In this document: piece by piece, positions 7,973 through 19,000 of the stretch
How positions within the stretch are numbered: position 1 is the stretch's first letter
How the letters are laid out: each line of letters begins with the position of its first letter
DNA from: a virus
Lineage: Duplodnaviria > Caudoviricetes
Direction: 5' to 3' (one strand)
DNA: 61,843 nucleotides
IMG/VR virus record: IMGVR_UViG_3300042568_000857
Location: 1 to 61,843 of that record
Notes under the pieces: model-generated
What the model was told of the DNA's origin: nothing
Databases searched by the model: none
What the model saw: the letters and a program-made list of their open reading frames with translations, nothing else
Position numbers and translations under genes: made by a program

Positions 7973-10042
7973 CTATCGGGTGGGCGGTTCTTGCGGAGGC
8001 TGGCCCGCCTCGGCCTCGGCTGCCATGGCTTCGGCCTGGGCCTGGGCCATGACGGCGGTGGCCTGCTGGATGGCGGCCAGGGTAGTTTCTGGGTTTGGCT
8101 CGCCAATGCCTTTAAGGATGTCGGTGTACTGGCGCATCATAGCTTGCTGCATGGGCGGGGCCATGGCGGCGAACTGGTTCAGGACGTTGATGATGGCTTG
8201 GCCGACTTCGACCATTTGCGAGCTGTGGGACTTGGTGAGGCTGATTTCAAAGACGTTCCGCACGTCCTCGGGGAAGCCCTTTACCCATTCAATCAAGATC
8301 ATGGCCTTGTCTTGGCCCACCTGTTTGATGAGGGCCGCCAGCCCGGCCTCGGTGTTCGTCATCGTGTAAAGCTCGATGTCGATAAAGTCGTTGAGCATGG
8401 CTGTCAGGCCTTCCACGACTTCGTTTTCTCGGGCGCGCAGGCTTTGGTTGCTGGTGTTTTCGAGGATCTTGGCAACGCCTAGCGTGTCCTGGCCCGGCAC
8501 ATCGGCCACGGTGGAGTCGGCGGGGCTGGTCAGCCCGGCGTTGATTTCGGCCCGGCCTATGAAGCGGTCCATGAGTTCGGAGAAAATGCCCACATTGGCG
8601 GGTTCCACGGTCTTGACGGCCATGGCGTCGTCGGCGGTGAAGCCTGCGCGGAGTTGGTAGCCTTCGGAGTTGCGGAACTGGATGCCGCCGCCGTCGATGC
8701 CCTGCTGTGTGGCTAGGGGGTTCTCAAAAAGCACGTTGCCGGAGGTATTGGCATCAAACTCGATGCGGTTGAGCATCTTGTCTGAGACTTCGTGCCAAGT
8801 GTCGAGGAGTTCGTAGTAGCCTCGGCCTGTCCAGCGGTGCAGTTTCGGCCAGATGCGGTGATCAGTGTAGGGGTGTGGGGCTTCCTTGTCGGACCATGGC
8901 AAGATGATCGTGGCGTATTCGTAGTGAATCGGGATTTTAGCATCCCAGTCAATGAGGACGTAAATAGGTTCTGCATAGCCGTCGCCGTCGGCATCGTAGC
9001 GAATCCATGTTTCCACATAAACACGGGTGCGGAAGCGTTTTGGATCTTCCGTGGCAGGGCGCATGGAGGCTTCATTCTCGCCATCGCGGACACGGTTTAG
9101 ATTGGCGCGGACGGTGTAGGTGTTGTTATCGGCCCCGCCGGTCAGGTTGCCGGTCTTAGCCTTGGTGTTGTAGTCGTCGAACGCCTTTGTTTCGCGTGTC
9201 TCGGGGGCGTAGCCAATGAGTAGGTCGCCGGGGTTGGCGGCGAAGACGTGGCCTTTCAGTGGCGAAACGTCGAGGTTTTCGGCGTTGATGTGACAGAAGA
9301 AGTCCCCGTAGTGGATGACTTTAGTTTCTGCACCGGGCTCCTTGCTGGTGCGCTGCATCACAACCTTGGGTTTGGAGATTTGCAGGGCCGCCCCTACAGG
9401 CACAAAAATAGCCGGGTCACGCTCCAATACTTGACGGTCTGGATAAGCCGGGTCGGCAATCCATTTGTCAGTTGATAGAACTGGCTGGCCTTGGCTGTCT
9501 TTGATCACTTTGCCGTCAAGCGTCACAGTTTGGGTAACAACGGGCTTCATGTAATATGCCTCGCTGAGCCCGGCCCGCGTAATCTCTTGGCCTCGGATGA
9601 GGCTGCCTTGCTTGGCCTTCTTGCCTACCTCGTTTAGCTTCGTGAGCTTGGCGCGGTGCTTGAGGCGCTGCATCAGGATCTCAATCGCCGGGTTTTCGTC
9701 CTCGGCACCCTCGGCATTCGGGCCAAAAAAGGCAGGCGTAGAGAGTAAGTCGTTGTCCATCTTGTCGCCGTGCTGGTTCACGGGCGTCATGGGCAGATTC
9801 AGCGAAAGATTTGTCTCGCGGAAAAGCAGGCAGTTGGCCTTACGGTGCTCGAAGTCCTGCTCATAGGCTAGCTGGTAGTTGTCCCAGCGCCAAAGGAGAG
9901 AGCCAACGGTGTAGTCTCGGCTGGTGGTCTGGACGCCCATAAGTTGGCGGCAGTTCTCCACTTCGGCGATGACGTACTGAACGAATGCGTTCTCGGCGGC
10001 GTCATTGTCGAAAGTGAGGTGGGAGTTGATGAGGCGCTGCAT
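7973..10042 (-). CDS. Portal protein (putative)
   Basis: 689 aa from MQRLINSH; VYVETWIRYDADGDG..E, WTGRGYYELL..HE, T.GVAKILE..NQ features resemble P22-like podovirus portals. Confidence 0.7.
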   Translation of the reverse strand: MQRLINSHLTFDNDAAENAFVQYVIAEVENCRQLMGVQTTSRDYTVGSLLWRWDNYQLAYEQDFEHRKANCLLFRETNLSLNLPMTPVNQHGDKMDNDLLSTPAFFGPNAEGAEDENPAIEILMQRLKHRAKLTKLNEVGKKAKQGSLIRGQEITRAGLSEAYYMKPVVTQTVTLDGKVIKDSQGQPVLSTDKWIADPAYPDRQVLERDPAIFVPVGAALQISKPKVVMQRTSKEPGAETKVIHYGDFFCHINAENLDVSPLKGHVFAANPGDLLIGYAPETRETKAFDDYNTKAKTGNLTGGADNNTYTVRANLNRVRDGENEASMRPATEDPKRFRTRVYVETWIRYDADGDGYAEPIYVLIDWDAKIPIHYEYATIILPWSDKEAPHPYTDHRIWPKLHRWTGRGYYELLDTWHEVSDKMLNRIEFDANTSGNVLFENPLATQQGIDGGGIQFRNSEGYQLRAGFTADDAMAVKTVEPANVGIFSELMDRFIGRAEINAGLTSPADSTVADVPGQDTLGVAKILENTSNQSLRARENEVVEGLTAMLNDFIDIELYTMTNTEAGLAALIKQVGQDKAMILIEWVKGFPEDVRNVFEISLTKSHSSQMVEVGQAIINVLNQFAAMAPPMQQAMMRQYTDILKGIGEPNPETTLAAIQQATAVMAQAQAEAMAAEAEAGQPPQEPPTR

Positions 10043-10058
10043 TCGATATTGTGTGTAG

Positions 10059-13000
10059 TTATGGCGTGGCTGTGGCTTTGTGCAAGCCCATTGCGTGGGC
10101 CTGTGCCCTGGCGGCGGCCATGGCATCCTCACGGGCCTTTTTGAAGGCCTTGATTAAGCTCTCGCCCGGCGTGGCCTTCTCGCTTGGCATGGCCTTGGCT
10201 GTCACCTTGGCGGCATTGGCGGCGTAAAGGCGGCCTGCCAGCTCGGCAAACTGCCGTTTCTTGGCTGGGTCTGTGATGGGCACAGGCTTGGCTTTGCCGG
10301 GAGGATCGGCGGTGTAATCGTCGCGTTGGAGCGGTTGCGGGCTCCAGCGTTTGGTTGGGTGCAGGCGGTTGGCGCGGTAGAGGAGGGCATCTGGCTGGGG
10401 CGTAACTTTGGTGTTGGCCTGGAATAGCAGGCGGGCTGGCGGCGTGAAGGCCTTGGGCAGGCGCTCGCCAGTCGTGCTGATTTTGGGCTGGGCGGCGAAG
10501 ACTGGCAACTTGGGGGCAATCGTGGGGTTTGGCAGGGCGGCGTAGCCTGGGCCTGCCGTCGTGCGCTCGCGTAGCACATCGTCCATGTTGCGGAGTGGCT
10601 GTTTGATGAGGTTTGGGATGACGTTGTTCATCAGCATCTTTACCCCGGCGCTTTGGTCGGGATTCTCGCGCTTCTCTTCCACGTCGCGGACAAACTGCAT
10701 GGCGTTGGCGAAGCCTTGCAGGAATGATTTATCCTCCATGGATGAGACGAGGCTCGATAGCATGTAGGTGGAGTAACTGGCGTTTTCGCCCTGCGATTTG
10801 AGGCGTTTGACCTCCTGATAGTTTCGGTAGGCGTCGATCCACGTTGTCAGTGTGGTGGCGGCTGGCTCGTAGCGGCCAAAGGGCAGGCTGCCAAGCACCT
10901 TGCCTTTGCCATCCTGCCAGACAATGGAGTTTTCCCCGCCGTATTTGCGGAGGAACTGATCGGTTGCCGCCCGTTCTTTGAGTGAGTGCGAGCGCGTGCC
11001 GACGAGTAGTACAGGCTTTTCGTCGTCGTTGTCGTCGCCCTCAAGCATCGAAGCCAAGGCCAGCCAGCCAAGGCCAGCCAACAGCGTCTCCGAGGCGTCT
11101 TTGATTTGCATGGCCTTCGGGTAGGATTTGATCATGGGCACGCCATCCTTGCCCATTGCCAGCCAGCCTGCCCGTGTCAGGCCGTATAACAGGCTGATTG
11201 CCGAGCCGCCAGCCTTCTTGATGCCGGTGCGGACGATGTTGGTCGGGGTGCGCTGGAAGGGGAAGATCCAGCGCATGAGGCTGCCAATGAACTTGCGGGC
11301 ACGAATACGTTTGTTCAGTTCGGCCACGGCATCAGAGTCGCCTTTGGCCTCAGCTTCGGCTAGTAGCTTTTCCAGGTCTTTAATGCCCTTGTAGCCTCCA
11401 AGGACAGTGTCCACGAACTCGGTCGCGGAGTTGTTGCCTTGGAAAAGCAAATCTTCGGCGGTCTTCATCACATCCCCCCACACGGCGCTGGAGGTGTCGT
11501 TCAACGTGTTGGCAATCTCGGTGTCGATGAAGGCGGCCCGTGCCTGCCCTTTCAGGCCCTGGCGCTTGGCCTCCACATGCGCCCGGCGGTAGGCCACGGC
11601 GGAGGCCTCGGCGTACATGATGGCGGTCTTGAAAAAGGCGTCTGTGAAGCGGAGCACACGGCCCGGCAGGCGGCTGATTCGGCCTGCCTGCCCGCCTACG
11701 CTGGCGCGGATGTTGCCCACTTTGTCAAGGTCGCCATCCACAACGTCGATTTCGAGCGGTTGGCCGAGGTACTTGTGGCGGATGGTGTCGCCTTCGGTGA
11801 GGAAGGTTTGGCGGGCCATCTCGAAGGCTGGGCCGATGCCCAGCCAGAATCCTTTTAAGATGTGCTTGAACTCGCGGAACTGGGGCGCGTTCGGGTCTTG
11901 GTAGGCAAGGTTCAGCGTGGCCTCGGCTAGGCGCTGGCCGGTGTAGTGCCAGGCGACTTGTGCGGCGTTACCAGTGATGTTCGCCACCTGGGTCTGGGGG
12001 CCAGATAGGAGGGGCCAGTTAATCCAGTATTCATAAACCTTGTCGAAGGCGCTGGCCTTGGCGGCGGTGTATTCGCGGGCGAAGGCGTAGTAGTTCGCCA
12101 TATCGTCGGGGTCGAAAGGCACGAACACGCGCACGCGCTGGCCGCTGGGCGTCATAACCACCTTGGACATGAGCTTGCCGGAGTTGCGGGCCTTGGCCGA
12201 TTGCAGGGCGTAGGCCATGACGCGGTTTACCTCGGAGGTCACGTCTGCCACGGTCTGGCGCTTGCCGCCTAGTAGGGCGGGCTGGGCTTCGATGGGCTTG
12301 GGCGGCAGGCGTAGAATGGAGTCGCTGGCGGGGTTGAAGCGTTCCGAAAGCGGGATGACTTGACCGGACTCGTCGCGGGTTACGGGGTCGGCGGATTTGA
12401 TCTGGGATGGGTTAATCGGGACGAAAGAAGGCGGGTAGTCTCCAAAACGCTCGTCTACAAGGTAGCTGTCGAATCGTGTATCTCCGCTTCTTTGGAGGTG
12501 CTTGAGGAATGGAAATAGAAGATCCGCCTTAGTGAAATCGACAAGCTCGTTTTCCGGTAGTTCGGCACCTTCTCCGAAACGATCTTTTTGCCAGCCTTTT
12601 GCGCGCACCCATGGCAAAAACTCCTCATTGAAGACCTTCCTGCCTGACGGCGTGCGTGTATCAAGAGGCTTGCTTGATTTAAAAAACAATTTCAAAACTC
12701 TACCTTTTCCTCCGCCCTTTCCGGTATATCCAGTTGCGTACTCTTCGCTAGTTGTGAAGAAGTTAGGTAAATAGTCCTTAAACACCGTAAAGGCTTCTTT
12801 GGCTGCCGTCCCGTGGAATACAGTTTCTCCGTATGCCGCTCTGCTAGCCGCCTCGTCCACCATGCGCTGGGCTTTCTCCATATCCCCAGCCTCCACGGCG
12901 TCCATGTATTCCTTATCCAAGGCCGCCTGCCCTGCCTGCCTTGGCGGCAGCCCCAGCCCCACAGCCTTCTTGAGCCGGGCAAAGCCAGCCTTGATGAGGC

Positions 13001-16000
13001 CGCCAAAGCCGGTGCCTGCCTTGACCTGGGCGGCCACGGCGGGGCGGATGATGGCGGCGGTGGCGTCGTGGATGAACTTGCCTACGTCGTCTTGGTTGAG
13101 GTTGAGGGCGTTGGCAATGTGCTCGTCGGAGAAGCCTCGGAAGGCTAGGCGCATGATGTTGTAGCCGTCGTTGTCTTTGCCTTTGTAGGCGTCGAGGCCT
13201 TCTTTGACGGCGGGGAGGTCCAGGATGGCGGATTGGAGGGCCACGCGGTCGGTGCCTGAGAGCATGAGGTCGTCTTCGGTGACTCCCATGTTTTTGAGCA
13301 CGGCCTTTTTGATCTTCTCGCTTTCGGCGTCATCTTTCGCTAGCAGTTCCTCTTGTGTCTCTTGGGCGCGGGCGGTCTTCAAGGCTGCCTCTATGTCGGC
13401 GCGGCGGCTACCTTGGACTTCGGCGAGTTGGGCCTCTAGGCTGGCGATGCGGCGGGCCTTGCCTGCCTGGGTGGGCAGGATGCGGAGCTTGCGGCGGACG
13501 GCCTCGCTTGGGCCAAACACGATGTCGAGCGCCTTGGTCCAGCGTTCCTGTGGGCTTTCCAGCGGATCTCGGCGGGCGCTCATAGCCTGGGCTAGGCGGG
13601 TGCCGGTGTCGAGGTAGTAGTTGCCTACCTTGTTGAGGAGGGCGCGGATGTTCTTATCGCCGGTAAGGCGGGCTTCGCGAGTGAGGAATTGGAACGTCTG
13701 CCCGAGAACGGCCTGCTCGTCCACGTCGAGGAGCTTGCTTTCTTCGGCCATGTCGGCGGCCCACTGTACGTACTTCTCGGGGTCGCTCTCGAAGGTTTCC
13801 TTTGCCCACTTGCGGAGCTTGTCGAGTTGCACGGTTTCCGGGCCGCCTAGCTCGTCACGGGCGGCGGTCAAAGCCTGATACACGGCGCGGGCTTCGGGAT
13901 ACTCAAACTGTTTGGACAGGTTGCGGCCCGACATCTTGCCACTTGCCTGCATGGCGTCGATGGCGTCGGGATCGTTGCGTAGCGCCTCCCTGGCGGCTGC
14001 CTCTTCCTCGGCTAGGCGTTGCTGCTCGGCCATGAAGGCAGCCAAGTCTGGGTCGGCCTCTTCGTCGGCCTCGGGCTGGCTGGCCTCTTGGCTGGCTGCC
14101 GGGCCGCCTTCTGGGGCGGGCGGGTTGCGGAGGATGCTGTTGCTCTGCTGGTTAAAGCGTTCGGAGAGCGGGATTACTTCGCCGGACTCGTCGCGGGTTA
14201 CGGGGTCGGCGGATTTGATCTGGGATGGAGTGAACACCCCGACAAGAGTTCCCTTCAACTCGTTTCCAGTGTTTCCCTTGTCCCAAGGCAAGCGCAGCGG
14301 GTCAATGACGTTACGAATGACGATTGCATCGTTCCCGTCTTCTTGCGCCCAACCGACCCACTTACTGAAGGATCTATCTTTCACAGATCCGCCAGCGTCA
14401 AAAACCATCGGGTCATTATATTTTAGGTAGGCTGATACTTTCCGCTTTGCGTCCTGCATGTAGGAGTCAGCGACAAGTTCATTGGTAGTCCAAAAAATCA
14501 CTCCTTCCTCGCTTTGTCCGCGCTTTTTGATCGTCATGTCGTAGCGATCAAAATCATCCGTTTCGGCTCGGAAGACTTTGGGGTTGTCATACCCAGCCTT
14601 CCGCGCCGCCTCATCCACCATGGCCTGAGCCTTCGCCAAGTCCCCGGCGGCCACGGCGGCCAAGTACTCGGCGTCCTGGGCGGGCGTGACGGCCTGCCCG
14701 GCTGGCGGCAGGCCAAGCCCGGCTGGCTGGCCTTCGTCGGCTGGCTTGGTGATTGTCACCATCTCGGTACGCACGCCTGTCTGGCGGAAGGCGTCGGAGC
14801 CTGCGAAGCTGCCCTCGGGCATGGCCTCATGGCTGCCGCCTACGCTGTCCAGCCACTCGCGGAAGGCAGTGGCCTGCTTGTCTTGGCGGTAGAATGGCCC
14901 GGCGGACATGATGGCGACTAGCTTGCCGCCCGGCTTGAGGAACTTGTAGGCGTGCTCAACGTGCTCGATGTCTTGGCCGTTTTCAAAGGGTGGGTTCATC
15001 ACCACGGCGTCATATTTCGGCTCTGGCTCTACGCCGGTAAAGTCGTTGTCGATGACGTTCACGCCTTTAGCGGTGAGGATGTCGCGGAGGCGGCTGGAAA
15101 GCTCGATAGCGTCCACCTCCGCTCCAGCCTCCTGCATTGCCTCGGCAATGTCGCCCTTGCCTGCGCTTGGCTCCAGTACCTTCATGCCGGGCTCAATGCC
15201 TGCTATGCCCACCATCTCGTCAATGACGGCGCGGGGGGTGGGGAAGAAGCCGGGTAGCTTCATGCCAACTAGCTCGCGCTCCATCTTTTTGATGGGGTCT
15301 TCTTTGGCGGCTTGGCCTCGGTATTGCAGGAACTCGCGCAGGGCTGCCCGCAGGCTGGGCAGGTTGGTCAGGCCCATGGCCTTGAGGCGGTCGTATGTCT
15401 CGTACTTCCACTTGATCGTGTCCCAGACGGGCTTGCCGCGCTCGGTGACTTTTTGGGCGAGTTCCTTCACGTCGTCCAGTTCGGAGTCTGTGCGCAGGGT
15501 TACGGCCTGCCCTTCGTTCTCGTTCATGCGGATCTTCGCCACGCGCTCGGCTAGTAGTTTAGCGCCCGGCGTCTCGCGGCCTTTCGCCACTAGGTCCATG
15601 AGCGTGCTCTTGTCGAGGTAGGGGTAAGGGATGCGGGTGGCGTCCATCATTTCCGCCGTCGGCCCGCCTGCCTCGGTTTTCTCGCGCTCCATCATGCCCA
15701 TCTTGCGGTCGCGAATCCAATAAGACATGGCACCACGCGCCATGCCGTCCAGTGTCTCCACATGCGTTCCCATCCGCACGCCGTCTAGGTGCGTAGCCTC
15801 GCCTGATTCCATGGCGGCGGCAAGGTTGCGCATTGTAGCCGCCATTGCCTTCATGCCTCTAGCCGTAGCCTCCTGCCCGGCGGCCTCGCGGGCACGCTTG
15901 GCGGTGTTGGTCTTGCGGTCGGCGTTCAAGATGCCGTCGGCTTTGGCGTCTAGGGCATCAGCCACGGCTGTAAGGCGGCTGGCGGTGGCGGACTTCTTGG

Positions 16001-19000
16001 CCTCTTGGCGCTCCTGAATCTGCTCTTTTTGGTCCACTGTCTCGCCTTTGGAGACGGCAATGAAGTTTTCGGCGGCGGCTCGGCTGGTGAACTGGAAGCC
16101 GGGCACGGCTCCGCCCTTGGAATAGGACGAGTAGTAGCCGCCGAGTTTCTTGGAGGCGGCGTTGAGGTTGTCGTAAACGGGGCGCTCCACGCGCTCGGAG
16201 AGCTTCACCACAAAGAGGTCGTGGCCTTTCTGCGTGTGCTTTGTTTCGATGATGTCGGCCTCTACGCCTGTGTTCACGCCATACACGCGGCTCTTGGCCT
16301 CTGTGCGGGCCTGCTCCTGTGCCTTGCGGTCAATGCCGCGCACGGCGTCGTAGGCGGCTAGCTGCTCGGGGGTGAGGATGGACTCGCCCTTTTTGCGGAC
16401 GGCCTCGTTTCTCGCCTGTGAGCTTTTTAGCTTCAAAACTTCCTTCACCTCTTCCGCGCTCATGGCTTTGCGTCCTGTGCTCCACACAAAGCGGTCCCAT
16501 TCATCGGCTGTTTCGGGGTTGGTGAGTGCCTTCTCTTTGGCTGCCTTGCTGGCCTCGGCGGCCTCACGGCGGGCCTTGGCTTGCTCCACAATCATTTCGT
16601 CAGTCCACTTGGCTACCTTCTCATCCATCGCGTTGTCCTTGTTTGTCTGGAAGTCGCCACCGTAGGAGTAGGAAATGGAATCGTCGGGGTTAAAGTAGAG
16701 GTCCAGTGTGCTCAGCACGCTGTCTGCAATGGATGCCTTGCCGTCTGACTTGCGGGCGCTCATGCCAGCCATGGGCAAAAGCTCGTCCACCTTCATCTTG
16801 TTGAGGTCGGCCAAGATGGCGGGGCGCTGGGCCTTGAGCTGTGCCCATGCCGTGCGGACCTGCTCGGCGGTCACTTCGCCCTTGCGGAGCTGGGCAATGA
16901 AGGCGCGGGCGCTGTCAAAGCCGGTGATGGGCTGCACCTGCCCGCCCTGCCCTTCGGGGGCTGGCGCTTGGGCAGGCTGGCTGGGCTTGGCAAAGCCATT
17001 GGCGGCGAGGGCTTCGGAGACGGTGGCAGCGTCTTTGAACTCTGGATAGCCGTAGCCTCGATCACGCTCTAGGAATGGCATGTCGCGCTCAATAACAGCG
17101 AAGTTGATGGCTTTCTTCATCAATTCATCCAAAGATGGCGCGAAGAATTGCACATCTGCCTTGCCGTCTTCTTTGAGGTAAGTCAGCCTCCATTCCAAAG
17201 GCTTTTGGTCTGGTTCACGAATGCGAACCCATTTAAACAGCACGTCATTCCTGATCTTGGTAGAAAGGGCAACAGGCGAATTAAGAGTCGATTCCGGCAA
17301 TGTTTGTAGCCACTCCACAAATCGGGCGGAGTATTGCGCTAACCGAGTGGTCATATTCGACTCACTACCTCCACGCCCTTCTGGCACATCCTCGGGGCGT
17401 TTCATCGTGCTATCTGTCAAAGCAGCGGCTCCGGCATTGGTAAGCACCATGTCGCCTTTGCGGAACACATAGACCGTGCCGTAGCTGCCTGCTTTGACGT
17501 TAGTATAGCTCCACCCATCTTTGACTGCGGCGGAGTACTCTTTGAGAGTTTGAGCGCCTTCTGGGGTGGCTGCGGACTGCCCGCCAACAATGGCCTTTTG
17601 TTCAAACGCAAGTTGGCGAATATCGCCTTGGTAATACCACGGGGCGCTAGGCGTCTTGGACTTGATGGCGGCGGCTCGCAGAGTGCCACGCGGGTTACTC
17701 ATCGTGCCCTCTGTGCTGACTTCGGACCACTCGCGGGAGTGTTTGGCGTTGACGTTCTCCTGGCCGATACTGGCAGGCTCGGCAGGCGGGGCCGCCTCTT
17801 GGCCCGGCTGGGCGGCAGCCTGTTTGGCGGCGTTGATGGCCTCCCATGATGTAGGGTCGTTCTCGCGGTCCCATTTGGAAACGGCCTCATCCACCAACTT
17901 ATCAGACAAGGCTCCTAAAGCGCCGTCATGGGCGCTTTGTTGCTGTTGCCATTCAGATAGCTGGGAGCTTCCTTTTTCTGTGAGTTTGGCCTCTTTGGTT
18001 TTTGTCACCCATCCTGCACGGATGCCCACGGCTAAGCGGGCGGGCGTTAGCTTGTCTGGTTTGTAGGGCTTGTGGTTTGCACGATCACGCAAGGCTTGCA
18101 GGGTTTCCAGGTCGTCTGGGGCTGGCGGCGGAATGGACGGATCTTGGGCGGCAAAGGCGCGGGCGGCCTCGGCTACCTCTTCTCTGGTCTGGCCCGGCTG
18201 GGCGGGCGGCTCGGCTGCCGGGCTGGCCTCTGCCGTGACGGGCGGGGCCTGGCGGGCGGCCCAATCGCCTTGAGCTGATTCGATGGCATCCACGATGGCG
18301 CTAGACGCATTATTCCTCTGCGCATAGATGCGGGCTGCCGCCAACTGCGCTGGGGTGAACTTGCTGCCGCTGATAGCTTCGGTGTAAACTGAACCGCCCC
18401 GGATGGGAAAGCCCGCCTTGTCCAGTCGCGTGATGTCTGTTGCCAGTGCTTTTAGGGCGTCCACCACGGGGGCGGCGGCGGTATCAATCTCGGTGTCCGT
18501 GAGTTTGTACGCATCACTGACATCATTCATGGTGATGGCGTGAGGGCCGACTATCCGGGGGCGTGGCGTTTCAGGCTCGGCTTGCGTTGGTGGCGGTGGA
18601 GTTGCTGGCTTGGTAGCCTTCGGGGCGGTGTCCGCATTCAGCCGCATAGGCATGAGCACAAACAGGGCGTTGCCTGCTCGGAGGGTGGCGGGCGAGATGT
18701 CGTCCTGAATGCGTAGCTCGATCTGCTCGTTGCCAAGGTTGCGGGCTACGCGCAGGATGGTTTGGAAGTAGTCAGGGTTGTAGGCGGCAAGGATTTGGGC
18801 CTCGGGCTGGATGTTGTGTGCGTAGTCGCCTCGGTTGACATCGCTGGCGAATGAGCCAAGGCTGCCGTCGGGGTTGCGGTAGAGGGAGACGGCTTTGGAG
18901 GCTGTTCCTGTTTCGCCGGGCAAGTCTTTGATGACGGCGCGGGCTTGGCTCATCAGGCTGAACCAGCGGGCGGTGTCGAGGGTATAGGGCGTGAAGGCTT

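Noticed and set aside
12364-14228. 47-bp repeat as a DGR template/variable pair
   Set aside because: Copies are identical without adenine-specific differences, and no reverse transcriptase is present.
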